Both the position numbers and the translations under genes were made by a program. The notes beneath the pieces are model-generated. The model worked only from the letters and a program-made list of their open reading frames with translations, was not told the DNA's origin and searched no databases. DNA of 63,072 nucleotides, counting the filler. It is 5 parts of 5 records of this genome, joined end to end, with 100 filler letters (N's around TTAATTAATTAA, not from the genome) between each part and the next. Parts side by side here need not be neighbours in the genome. Positions count along the whole stretch, not along the records: positions 19,763 to 29,214 come from SRR2962707_474; positions 29,315 to 38,828 come from SRR2962707_477; 3 more parts are not named here. One strand, 5' to 3'. Positions 19,802-32,600 of the stretch are shown here, in pieces (positions within the stretch are counted from its first letter, which is position 1; the number at the start of each line of letters is the position of its first letter).

Positions 19802-22800
19802 ATGAAAAACTGCAAAGCAATACGCGCACTGACTGTCAATGCTCAAACGCTCCGTGAGTACCTCCAAGGTCAGTGGGGCACGACTGCCTTCATCTTTGAA
19901 GCAGAGCGCGCTGCTACAACAACTACTACCACATCAGCAGCAACAGACAAAGCAGCAACAGCAACAGCATCGGCGACAATCGAAGGAAGTCCTGGATTCC
20001 ATCTCTTAGACATCATTGTTGTTGCCGACCATCCGCAGTCGACGGGTGCGTTGTGTGGCGGCAGTGGGAGTTCTCGCTTGGCGCACGCAGGTGGCATCGA
20101 CGCGACGAACAAGCGATCTGAGCCACGGGATGCAAATGCACGCCCGAGCTCTGGTGGTCCTCCCCAAAGCCCACGTGATGCTTCAGTTGATCTGACGCAA
20201 CGTGAATGCGTGTTTCGTGTGATTCAGCTGAGTTTCAGCCGTGCCAAAGATCAACGGCCCTCACACCTTCTCACGACTGGATACCGTGTCATACGAGCCG
20301 CAGACAGTCGATACAGCGGACACCGAGGTCTCTTCGCCGGCAACATAGCTTCTATTTTTCCGAACAGGTTATTGATGAAGCATGTTGTCAGCACTGTGAC
20401 CATTTTATGCTGTTCTGTTGACGAATAGTGTCCACTCGATGGGTTGCTGAAGTTCGCTCTTTTCATTCCGTGTATGCCTGCCTCAATGTGGATGTAGTCT
20501 CGTAACTTTTGTAACAGGCGCCTCATGGGAGCACCTGCTTCGGCATATTGGCGTCGACATGATGGTTCATTTGTTACTGAACAAGGTTATGTTGTACATG
20601 ATGCCTAACGATTCTTTTGTGCAAGTTAGTGGAGAGCCATTGTCCGAGCGCAGCGTCGATCTTTTGTCTGATGCAGGCCTGGCTCTGGGCCCAGCGAGGG
20701 CAAGTTCTGAGGAAGCAGCCGTCAACTGTGGGACGCGTGTCACATCTGCCGCCACTACTGACCAGGCACGAGGCAGTGGCGACTCCACGAAGTGCAGAGC
20801 ACCACGTAAACAGCCACTTCAAACTCAGTCGCCTCCAAGCCTCACTTCTATCAGTGCCAATTCCGTTTCAAAGAATGCCTGTCCGAAAACAACCAGTTCC
20901 AATCAGCAAGTCAATACTTTGAGTGAGCCACCAGCCACTGCAGCGGCAAAGTCGTCACCTAGTCTCCCGGTGAAGAAGAGAAGCAGGCCGAGACGAAGAC
21001 GGGGGCTGAGTCAGCTTGGCTCGATCTCCGAAGCGACGCCGAAAAGGCATCTCATTCCACGAAGTCGGATATTTTATGCTTCAACGTTTTGTAGGCGGCC
21101 TGGATTGCCACGTCGCCATGTTTTGAACCAGCTGTGGGATCAATGCCGCAAAGGGGGCGCAACGCCCCACGCAAGGACAAAGGTTGTGGTAAGCCTATCA
21201 AGCAACTCCACTCAACGCTGCAACGGTGCCGAGCGGTGCGATAGCGCCACGAGCCATGCGAGCGTGGCTGCCTTTCACGGCTGCAGCACCACTGTGCCAG
21301 GAAACGATGTACGGGGGGCTTGTGCCGGCAGCCGCCCCTGCACTAGCAACTGCAGCAGTAGTGACAGCAGAAGCGGCAGCAATTTCAATTCGGGTGGTCG
21401 CCGATTGATCCGCACTATTTTTTGCAGTCATTCGCTTGCAGCAAAATCCGGTTTTAAAGCCAAACCGACGAAAAAAAAAGTGACACTCCGCCGACTTTCA
21501 CGGAGCGACAGTGCGGCAAGCACAGGCTCGACTGCTTCCGAAAGTGGTAAGTCAATTGGTAAGTCCATTGGAAAACGTGGGACACATCTAAAACGGCATA
21601 CGCGCTTATCGATTCCAGCACCGCTAAGACCAGCGATTCCGCATTTTGCTGAGCTGCTTCAGAGGTTTGGGCGGTGCCCGTTTGGAAGTTTTCTTCGTTC
21701 ATCCTGTCCGGTTGCGCCAACGGACGGTGTTGCCCAAGCGATGGCAATCAACGGCCCAGCACCCTGCCAACAACAACTTGAACAAAAAGTAGCTGAAGTA
21801 CCGCCAAATGCATCTGTTGACGGAGACGGCGAGGACCAAACCGGCTCCGCAAGAACGTGCTGTGCGGCGTCGGGCACTGCTCTTGATGATTCTCAAGCTG
21901 CCCGAACTCCCACCGAACACATGGCCCCGATAGATAGCTCAGGGAGCCAAATTGAGGATTCACCCGATGTACTGACATGCAATATGTCAATTGGAAGCAT
22001 CTTGGGTTCACAAGAGCAGTCGCAACAGCCTGAAAAGGTTGGTTCAACTGCTCCGGTCAGTGCAACACCAAAGGCCACTCGAGAGAAAACATTGGCCAAA
22101 TTTCCCATCATTATTCGCCGCGGAATTGTGGAGGTTAAGAATGTGGTGAAGTTTGTGCGTCGCGTGGTGTCATATTTGGTCCCTGTCAACTTATGGGGAA
22201 GCTTAGCAAACAGACGCACTTTTTTTCGGCATCTCGGGCATTTTATTAGTGGTGGACGGTACGAGCAGATTCTTCTACGCGATGTCATGAAAGGGATCTC
22301 CTACGAGGATTGCATTGGCTGCTTCTTGAAAGCTCCTGCTGCTACTCCGGCGGAGCGGTCCCGTGCGCCAGACATTGAGCAGCAACCACTCATGAATTTG
22401 AACAACCAGCAACAACAAAGCCTGACGCGACGAGTGGACCAATGGTTCCTGTGGCTATGGTCAATGCTGATTGTCCCGCTGCTGCGTGCCAACTTTTACG
22501 TCACGGAGGTTGATGGCTGTGCGAATAAGGTGCGTTTTTCACCTACAACTCCGTGCTTTGTTCTGCGCATTTGAATTCGAAAGCTCACTTGATATTAATG
22601 TTGGAAGGTTTTTTACTTCCGCAAGCCGGCATGGGCCCGAATTGAAAGGGTATTCGAGAAAATTTACGTTCAACCCCCCGACCCAGTAAATGATTTGGCA
22701 GAGGAGACGGTTGTAGGCGTCGCGCAACAAATTTCGAAAAATAAAGCTCAGACTGGGTCGTTTCGGCTGCAATCTCTCCCGATTTCACATGTGAAACAAC

Positions 22801-25800
22801 TATGGGCGTCAGGAAACTCGCCGTTTGGCCTGGGTACGCGTGTTCTCGGCCGCGCATGCGCATTGTAGAGCATGGCGATATATTTAATGTTGTTGAAATG
22901 TTGCCTGATTTAATCGCTTTGCCAAGGACTAATGCGACTCGTTCCGAAAAAAGATTTTTCGAACGTTCGTCAAATCGTAAATCTTTCGAGCTCCACCAAA
23001 GCTGCTCTCGATCCTTTTGGCGGAGGTGCTCTTGGTGGTCTGAGCGCTGACAGTGAAAGCCAGCGAAAACGACAACGCCGAGAAATCTCGCGCGCTGGAG
23101 CTAGGAAAAATAAGCAGGTCAAGCGAAAACGGAACATGATGGGTAGCTCCAGTGGTGAAAGCGTGCCAGACCACACAATCAAACGCATGCGACCCGACAA
23201 AGCACAGAACCGAGTCATGTCGAATGGCCGTGGTGCGGCGATGTCAAGCGGACTTAACGCCTCTCATTCAAGCGTTCCAAGTATCGATCCGCCGCTGCGC
23301 GCGACCAGGTGCAATGCATCTACTGCATCGGTGCCACTTGTGCCGACACCGTTGGTATCCAACGATTCAGGCATGGCTTGGACACCCAAGCGGTACGCCG
23401 CCAACTCTATGCTGCGTAATGTATTCGCTATCCTGAAGTTTGAGTACGCGCGGCAACCAAAAAAATTTGGCGCATGCGTCATGGGCTACGATGACATGTT
23501 TTTAAAATTTCGGGACTTCCGCGAAGCTGTGGAGAGGCAGCGGCAAGGTGAGTCCGGTGCCAAAAGCAAGGTGAATTCATCGGCAAGCAGCGCCAAATCT
23601 GAGCCATATTCTGTCGAGACCAATGACAAAGCTGCGTTAGGTCCGAGAAAAAAAGTCTACTTTGTTTCGGTTGATGTCGAGAAGTGTTTTGACAACATTA
23701 ATTTGGAGCAACTGATGCGCCTCCTCCAGGAGCTCCTAAGAGAAGACGAGTGCGTTTTGAAATTTGGTTGGTGTCTTGATGCTTTGGTCAAAGTAATTTT
23801 CGAAGACTTTGATGGGGCGTGTGTGGATGTAGGTATATTGTGAATCAATTTCGCGTCATCAGCGGACACCAAAGCGGTGGCCGGGCAACCAAATCAACAC
23901 AACCGCCAGCACCACAGGAAGGCCCGTTCGGGAATTCAAACGAACCGGGTCCACCGGGGCACATTCCGTCGGGACTGACGACACTTCGTTGTAAATTTCT
24001 TCGCATTGCATCTCCGGCATCCCAAGAAATCGATGGGATTTCCTTGGCGCATAAAATTTGCGCGCGGGGTGAGCGCCTTCGGGAATGCTCAAGTGTGAAG
24101 TCATCAGGCAGTCAATGCAGCCCGAATGTTACAAAATGTGAAAACGAAATCCATGTTACAGTGCGACAACCCAGCGTGTTTGTCGGCAATCAGTTTGGCT
24201 CCCGTTACATCACACGCACGGAAGCCTTGCGCCTAGTTGAACAGCACATTCGAGGCAATTTCTTACGCATGGTCAGCAGAAAGTGCAGTACTATGCTGCT
24301 ATACTATTGTCCGAATGCGGTGCAAAGTGGTGTTGCATGGCTGCGCGGCTGATGCAGTCTGCTTGACTCATGTTGTAGGGCGACCGGTTTTTCCGCCAAC
24401 GTGTTGGTATTCCACAAGGATCGATTCTGTCCAACTTATTGTGCAATTTGTATTACGGATGGCTTGAATCTACCAAGATTCAGCCACGAATCCTTGCAGC
24501 TGCCGCTGTTGCAAAAGATGCAAGCTCGCGCAATGCAATAGCAACACCAGCACAGCCCTCCAACATGCCCCAAAAGCGCAGGATGGGAGGCCTTGCCGCA
24601 GCGTTGCAGCGAAGACGCATGGCATCCCGCCCCAATTCCAGACCCGCTCCAAACAGTTCAAGCGATTGTGCTCCTCCAACGCTTCTCATGCGCCTTGTTG
24701 ACGACTCCCTCTTTCTGTCGACCTCAAAAGTGGTGTGTCAGTCGGGCAAATCCACTCGTCGCCAAAATCCATACCCGTGAACTCGTTGCTGAGCTGGCTC
24801 TGCGATGTATTTCATGTTCATCACAGGCAGCGCGGCGATTTGCATCGCTGATGACTCGAGGCTTTCCTAAGTTTGGCTGTCGAATCAAAACAGCCAAAAC
24901 AAAAGTCAACTTCAAGATTGCAATTCCAAACAGCATGCTTGAACGAGGAGCTCAACAGTGCACTCTCGATGAAAAAGGTTCAGCAACCGGCAAATGCTAC
25001 CTTCCCCAGCTTCCAAACGGGAGCCCTTGGCTTCGATGGTGTGGGTTGCGGATTAACACCCGCACACTTCACGTCATGGCAGACTACAGCCGATTTATTT
25101 CTGACACTAGTCCCTCGACAGGGGGAGGTGGCATTGAAGGTATAATAAGTTTCAGGTTTTTCAGGAGTTTGCGACGACGCCTGTCACGTATCATTCTAAG
25201 CTTGTGGATATGCAAATTTGTTCTGAAGGGCATGCTATGGCAATGCGCGACACTGTCAGCCTAAGAACTCGCGGTACGAAGTATGATTGCAAGGTTGCGA
25301 TGGACCTTCGTCAGACTTGCAAACTGTTCCCATTGTTGAAATTTCGCTTTTGCATGGCGCGACGGGGTTAATTTCGGGTGCACAGGTCGTTTGAATCTGA
25401 TTCAAAATTACGCGGCTCGGTTTCGTCTTCAAGTGAGTGTCTCTTCGCGTATTGTGCTGATGGAACAGGTTGCTCCTGCAACAAAACAGTGACATTGTTG
25501 ATGTTTTGCTGTTCTTCTAGCTCCGGAATTTCGTTCGGCCAAAGTGTCACCCGCTTTTGTTGCATCCATTTATCAACAGTGCCTTGGTCGTGCACAGCAA
25601 CATGTACAGAATTTTCCTCATCGCCGCAATGAAGTTTCATGTACGTTGGGTTTCTGAAAGTGTTGGTGAACATATTCGTGACATGAAGTACTCCGGCATC
25701 AGCTCAAGCACACGCACTATTTTTGTATTTTCACAGATTCTCGCGTCCAGCGCCGCGGCGAAAGGCCTTGGCGTCGATTATCTATTTGGTCCGCTGCAGG

Positions 25801-26631
25801 CATGCAGCAAGTTCTTGATGTAAAGCTGCGTATTGTCTCGGTAACTCCTGTGTTCTGCAAATGCCATCTGTTAGGCCTGGTGGTTGATCTGCCGCCATAC
25901 GCACACCGACTCGTCCGCACGCTGGTGTGTAGCCGTGCTTGTTTGCCTGTTTTGCACTGTTTTGTGAAGTACGTTTTGTGGATCCATGATGCGATTGACA
26001 AATGGGTGGGCCGTGCCGATAGATGGCTCGAGAGCGAACCGTGCCATGCTTTTCCTCGACGGAAGCTATGTGGCTTGGTATTTATGGTGCATGTTGCCTT
26101 GGTATTTCCGCCGGGCTCATTGGGAGGTTGGCATGACCATACATGTGACTTGGCTAAAAGGGATGTTTCTGCTCTGAACAGGTTTGGCAGCATTTCGTTG
26201 CGTGCTGAACTCCAGAGACTCATCACAGACACCAAATGATGGAGCCTGTCGCCATTATAACCGCCTTGTGCATCTCATTGAAAAGAGAATGCGTGCCCCG
26301 CGGCTAATTGAGGTTTGTCAACCAAAAGTGGCTGTGTTTGTCAACGGTGCCTAAATATACGCGCGAGTGGCTCGCTGAAACTGCCTTTCAACGTAGGCTC
26401 AAAGAAAATTTGCAAAGTTCGAGGCGAAGCATAAAAAAAGCACCAGCTGGCTTTTGCGTCATATTGTGTATTGAGGATGGAAAGGCTGGGCTCAAAAAAC
26501 TGCTTTGTCGTAGTTTGTTCAAATTTTACGCAATTGTGGAAACTCCCATGAGATCGGCCGATCCGTGCAGCACACATCCCAACACCAGGGCGCGTATCTT
26601 TGTAAAGGGAGCACGAGTGGTTCAATCCTGA
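19802..26631 (+). CDS. TERT: Telomerase reverse transcriptase, multi-exon eukaryotic gene
   Basis: Exons 19802-20367, 20498-22529, 22608-22833, 22927-23749, 23833-24271, 24379-24732, 24827-25139, 25229-25273, 25386-25432 and 25521-25640 are all bounded by GT-AG introns with consistent phase. Motifs found: TEN (FPNSLVTFVTGASWEHLLRHIGVDMMVHLL...QVSGEPL), CP (ELLQRFGRCPFGSFLRSSCP), QFP (VPVNLWGS), T (NFYVTE...VFYFRKPAW), 1/2 (RLVPK...RQIVN), 3, A (VSVDVEKCFDNI), B' (GIPQGSILSNLLC), C (RLVDDSL), D (GFPKFG...KTKVNF), E (WCGL) and CTE (PKCHPLLL...NS...NMY...AMKFH; WLAETAF). Final exons and stop are uncertain. Confidence 0.95.
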
Positions 26632-28912
26632 ACACATTTGTAGATGAAGCCATTTTGCTGGCATCTGTTTCCTATTGCAGTGCCATTGGAATTGAGCTCA
26701 TTCACCACACGGCACCCCGCTGAGGTTTGTGCAGGCCAGGAGACGGTGTTGTTGACGACCTTGAAATTCGACGTTGCACGCATGACAATTGCCGTGCACA
26801 CCCCAGGCGCCTGCGTGATATTGTTTCCACGAAAGACCACTTCATCATTGACGGTCCCAGTGGCCACTGGGCCTGCGCTTCCGTAGGCAGTAACGACGAC
26901 GGCCGCGGGTTCAACATCGTATCTGTGAAAAAATCATTGCAATGCCGTTTTCAAACATCAGGGATGCAAATTTCAAAAAGAGCACGTCTGGTTCTACCCC
27001 GATGGAAACGAAAAACAAAAAGTCAAGAAAAGTCTTTCAAGACGCACTGCGCCGTTGCCCAAGGGTCACCGTGAACAATGGTGCAATCCTCAATGGAGAT
27101 ATTTCGCACAGCCATTGAAGACATCCACGAGTGAGCATCAGGAATCATCAAAATGGATCCGAAGCTGTTGTACCTACGGGAAATTCGCAACGACACATGA
27201 ACACGTGGACAGCCCACATACATTCATGCAACTTTTGTGAGCAATCCCTGTACTTCCCACGCACCCCAATTCGCAATTCCGCACAACAGCGTTTTGTGTC
27301 TTGATACGGACTCCGTGGCCCAGATTTCCCCAATAGCGTGTGCGTTCGATCAAAAGATCAGGACTGACCGTAGCACTCAATACATCTCCAATGTCGAGCG
27401 ATAAAGGAAGAGAATAATTGAAACACATGGTGTGGTGAGGGGAGGGCGAGGTTTGTCTTGCATGCCCCCGAACGAATGACGCGTTGGCTGATTCAAAACT
27501 GATAAGTGTTCGAACTCCAAGAGGGGCAAGGTCAACATGGTGGCGGAAAATCCACTCTTCTCCGATCACGGCCAAATCGACTCCTTCGCCTGACACAACG
27601 ACACAACTTGCGTTTTGACGAGATACAACCGAAGAGTATTCACTGTGCGACGCAAAACCATCGTCCCCATTTCTTTCGAAAACCGAGTCCTGAATGTGCA
27701 AGTATCCACTACACTTGCGAAAGTGGGCACCATCAGCAAGGATTGACATTGGCAAATTATCGGTCCGGGTTGCAACCTGCCGCATGCACATCGCTAGTCA
27801 GGTTAAGCTTCGGAAATAAGGCAACCAGTTGCAGCATTTGCTCCAAATCTCTCCTGACCTCCACTCTGTCAATCAGTGCATTGTGCACCTGTGTCTGGGT
27901 TTCGTCCAATCGCCAAAACAAAGAGTGAGCACGGTTGAAGTGGCACGGTAGGTGCCCGGTGTCAGTTGAACCAGAAATCCCATGCATGCGGCATGGAATC
28001 ACCCGTTGCGTCGCAATCAACTTTGCACGCATGCGTGCAACTACTAACCATCATAATCCCAAAACCAGCATGGCTGTAGAGTGACAAATCCTTGATGCTA
28101 ACATCTACGCAGCTCGAAAAGTCGTATGCTGGCGAAGCATCGCGGAAATGCTCAACGACAACCCATTCACCAACAAAGTCGGTTCCGAAGTTGCTGCTGG
28201 CGGACAAGTGAAGCACTGAATTTTCGACATCGATTGACAAATTGCCGGTTGTGCCCCAATACATTGGAAGTTTTGGGACTCGCAGAATAGGGTCAATCGC
28301 GCCGTATAAGTGTGAGGCTGATCGCAGCCACGGGCTCACTTCAAAGTCTTGCTCTTGGAAGGGAAATATGCTCGAATTGAATTGCACAACAAGGCTGTTT
28401 TTGGCACCTTCAATAACGTTTGTCACTTGCCCATATGTGAATGGCGGTCGCTCAGAATCGACCACAAATGGACCGGTAATCGTCACACCGGTGACGTTCC
28501 TGAACGAGAATAGCCCGTGCAACTTCAAGCCAAACGTCTGGAACTCGGCCGTGGTGTTTAGCAGTCCTTGACTCGGAATGCCTCGGGAAACTGGAGGAGC
28601 AGAATTCGTTGTGTTAAGGGTCACACCGGCTGCCAGGTCAGCAAAGGTCACGGGGCCCAGGGACGTATTCCAACGGTAAAGTCCAGGAGCAAAAGTCAAA
28701 GCACACGGGCACAGGGGCGTGGCTGCGCAAGCTGCTGCCACGCCCGCAACTTGGCTCCGGCAGTTGCCAAACGGCCCAGCTGTGCTGCAACTCGGACTGA
28801 GCTGAAAAGCTTGGTTTTCACCGCACGTCCCTGTTGAGCTCGTCCACGAAGCTACCACCAACAAGAAACGCAGTGCTACAGCCCATATTTCGACCCCGCA
28901 GGACGGAGACAT
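26622..28912 (-). CDS. Secreted right-handed beta-helix glycoside hydrolase, GH110 (alpha-galactosidase)-like; multi-exon
   Basis: Signal peptide, ASPAYDFSSCVDVSIKDLSLYSHAGFG, SILADGAHFRKCSGYLHIQDSVFERNGDDG and GNLGHGVRIKT. Spread over four ORF-track fragments in different frames, consistent with introns; exon boundaries are only partly resolved. Confidence 0.65.
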
Positions 28913-29188
28913 TGTTGAGCTTTTAGCAGTCAGTACTGGCGGACGTACAGATTTTGAATCAGCAAAAAAAAAAAATCTGAAAGAAACAAAGCAAGAAAAA
29001 AAAAAGCCGAAACCGAAACAGCAAACCTACAATCAAAAGGCCAGGCCACCACACTTCAATGCCTGAGCTCGCGCGATGCATGTAATGTACACGTAATGTA
29101 TGTCATTGAAGCGACGGCCATTCATTCGATTCATTGCGCGGGCCGCCCGAAAACGGCTTGTTGTTGAAGCTGTTCGAGGGCATGCACG

Positions 29189-29214
29189 TACATACATACA
29201 TACATACATACATA
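29189..29214 (+). repeat. (TACA)n microsatellite at contig end
   Basis: Tandem TACA units run up to the spacer. Confidence 0.9.
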
Positions 29215-29314
29215 NNNNNNNNNNNNNNNNNNNNNNNNNNNNNNNNNNNNNNNNNNNNTTAATTAATTAANNNNNNNNNNNNNNNNNNNNNNNNNNNNNN
29301 NNNNNNNNNNNNNN
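29215..29314. other. Artificial contig spacer
   Basis: 44 N + TTAATTAATTAA + 44 N. Confidence 0.99.
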
Positions 29315-29343
29315 TGTGTGTGTGTGTGTGCGTGCGTGTGCGT
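29315..29343 (+). repeat. (TG)n/(TGCG)n microsatellite at contig start
   Basis: tgtgtgtgtgtgtgtgcgtgcgtgtgcgt. Confidence 0.85.
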
Positions 29344-29676
29344 GGCGGCGGTGGGGGCGGGGGCTGACTGAGCCTGTGCTCTTGCCTCACTTCTCCTCAT
29401 GACACCAGCATCTAATTCCAACAAGCTGACGCACTAGCAGCTTGTCTGTTTCTTCGTGTTCTTTCTTCGCTTTGTGTGGGGTTGCGTGTCCTCCGACTTT
29501 TCGCGTGTTGTGTTAGGACAGACGTGTGTGCTTTCGAATCTCTGACTGAATTTTCTTTTATTTTTGGTACTTTCGTCGACGTCTTTGCCTTGCGTGTTCC
29601 GGTTGTTTGTGGTGTGCTCCAGTGGATTCGCTGGTGCGGTGTTTTCTCTCGCTCCGTCTCCCCTAGAGTGTTCACC

Positions 29677-32600
29677 ATGTCCGGTCGTCAACTTCCACGG
29701 GGCTGGGACGAGCGTGTCGACGAAAAGTCAGGCCGTACGTACTACGTGAACCATGAAACACGTCAAACCTCGTGGACCCTTCCATCAGAGAAACCGCTGC
29801 CCCCAGGATGGGAGCAGCAATATGACGAGAAAGGTCGCGTGTTTTTCATCAACCACGAGAGGGAGATCACAACTTGGACTGATCCGCGCAACGTGCCACA
29901 GCAGCCGCAAGCCCAGTCGCAACCCCAGGCTGTGCACCGACAATCTGCGACGGCCGCTTACAGCTCACCTCGCCCAGCTCCTTCAATCGCCAATATTCTG
30001 AAGCCTGGCACCCTCATCAAAGTTCATAAGTCTGCTGTGGAGGCACTGGCCGCCATGGTGCTCGGATATGATCCTCAGCAAGGGACACACAGCATTGCTT
30101 TGGAGAACGGTCACACGGACAACATTGATCTGAGCAGTGTTTCTCACGAAACCATCGAAGATCTGATGGAACGCATCGCCCGATTTTTCGTCATTTGCGA
30201 GCAGGCTCATCAGGCGTTTCCGCCCAACTCCGCGGCAATCGAGTTGGCACTGGTGAGCATCGCAATCACCTTGAAAGATTGGATGTCAGTCTACACGTCG
30301 GTCGACGGCTCTCACGGCAGCATTGATCGACAACAGCAACTCGGCCAAATATTGAGCTATTTTATGGACCAACGCGCTGCCCTTGTGCTCACGAAAGCAA
30401 TGGAACTTGGCGGTGCTCTTGGGGAAGCAGCCATCCAATGTCTTGCTGAGATCAACAACGTTCTGCGCCTCGCGGATCCCGACTCCGTCGCCAACGTATC
30501 AATAGCTCTGCAGGAAGCTGGGGTCACTAGGGGCCTTGTGTATTTGCTCCGTGGCGGCACCCCTGAACTTTGTGTCAAAATTTTGCACGTTGTCTCCTTT
30601 TTTTCTGGTGACGTCAACATGGTTCGCAGCTTCGAAACATCCGGTGGTGTGGTGTTGCTTTGCGAGCTGCTTGTCAATGCTGAAATCCAGCAACACGCCG
30701 TCACTGTACTCCAGCAAATGCTTGCGGTTGACAAGGACAATCTTGTGAAGGTCATCCTTGAGAGTGGAGGGCTTCAGTATCTCTACCTGGTCCTGGAGTC
30801 GAGCATCGGGCATGTGCAGCGCGAAGCCTTGTTGGTGTTACAGGATGTGTTTGCCAGCAGCAACTCAATCGACGTCTCCTCTTCAGGAATAGTGCAGCCT
30901 CTCGTGCGCATTGTGTCAAACGGCGGCGACGCTGCCCCATTAGCTGTTGAAATGCTTGTGCCCCTGGCACGCAGCTCCCAAACTGCGACAGCGCTTGTCG
31001 ATGCAGGATGCGTGAACTCACTGGTTTCGCTCTGTCAAAGTGGACGAGCCACGGACAACCTTCGTGTCCAGGCCTTTGAATTGCTGCATAGCATTGCCGT
31101 CACGAACACCCGCTGCGTCCAACAGCTATCGCAATCTGCAGCCCCACAAATGCTTCTTGACGTCGTGGGAAACTCGCTCAATGGTGGAGCAAGCAACCAC
31201 CCCCTCACCTCCGCAGCCTTGCTTCTCTTGGCCGATTTGTGTGACAATGAACGCGTTTGCGCTGCCATTCGGACTTCCGGTGGAGTCGACGTTCTCGTCT
31301 CTTGTTTGCAAAGCGCGGTCCCACCTGCCTGCAAAGAAGCGGCTGTCGAGATTCTAGCCACCATTGGGGAGGGTGATGCATCCGTTGCCGAGCTCGTGGC
31401 CTCAAGTGGTGCCGCGGAGGCCTCGATCGCTCTTCTGACCGGAAAATCGGCGAAGGCGAAAGCATTTATCGGTTCTTTGCTGAACCGGACTGATGTTTTG
31501 GAAAGCACCATGGCGTCCTTGCGGTCCAATGAACCCCTGCTGACGTTGATGGTCAAAGGTTTTGTGAACCAGTTGCGCACTGATCCGAGCAATCACGAGC
31601 CCGTTTTTTCGCTTGAAAAATTCTGCACTTTGCCTGACGATGGTCATGTAATGCTGCAAATGCGCCGGCTTCAGATTGCCAATGCAGCGGGTGCAATTCC
31701 TGCGCTCATCAAACTGATTCGTGAAGCTGGACCCTTGCCAATGAAGATGGCGGCTATGTCTTCAATTGCTGAGCTTGCGAAGGATCCTACCACGTGTTCA
31801 GTGCTTGAAGAGGCAAATGCATTTACTGTCATATGCACCGGCCTCATGTCATGGGAGTTGCCGCAGCTTCAAGAAGTCGCGTTGACCATTTTGCAGTGCA
31901 TGTTTTCCGGGGGGCTTACCTTGAAGACTATTAAGGAAGCAGAAACCTTAGCAAAAGCCTTGGCGGCATGCGTCGTAAAAGATCATGTCGAAGTGCAGAC
32001 ATTGGCACTGCGACTTTGCGAGCCCCTGTGCGGAATTGAACAGTACCGTGTCGAAATTGGCCACATTTTGGCACCAAGCTTGGCCTCCTTGTTTGACAGC
32101 GGTGCTGGGCAAATGCTTGACTCTGAGTTGCGTAATTCAACCATCTCCACGCTCGCAGCACTGGCTGCTGACCGACGCACAGTTGATGCACTTGTCGCAG
32201 CTGACAGTGTCAAGGCTGTGGCCAAGATCTTGACCAGCACGATGGAGGAAGACGTGCTGGCATCAGTTCTCGACATGCTGGTGCAAGTGGCCTCCACAGG
32301 CGCGACTGGCTGCGCTGCTGTCATGGGCGCGCACGAAAACGATCTGACCAAGTTTGTGGAGCTGCTACCGCCCACTCCATTACAAACTGAAGAAGTCACT
32401 TCGCGCGCTCTTCGCTTGCTGACAGTCCTGTCGCAGCAGCCGGGAAGTATGGACAAAGTCATGGCCATCGACGGCTTCCTGGACAAAATGCTGGGATCCT
32501 GCCAAGATGATGCTTTTCCTGAGTGCGAATTTTTTTGCGTCTGTGCACCAAACCTCCACTTGCATGTGCATGTGCTCTGGGCTTTCTCTGATCTCCTCCA

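Noticed and set aside
22932-25139. RT as a retrotransposon, group II intron, retron or DGR
   Set aside because: TEN, CP, QFP, T and CTE motifs are TERT-specific; no endonuclease, integrase, LTR, msr-msd or template/variable repeats were seen.
18979-26631. A reverse transcriptase next to bacterial lexA-sulA as an SOS-linked RT/defence system or as horizontal transfer
   Set aside because: An artificial spacer separates them, and the RT has spliceosomal introns and telomerase-specific motifs.
29476-29676. Hydrophobic N-terminal extension of the WW protein in the ORF track
   Set aside because: It starts at a non-ATG codon in T-rich leader sequence; ATG 29677 has a good context (CACCATG) and directly precedes WW1.
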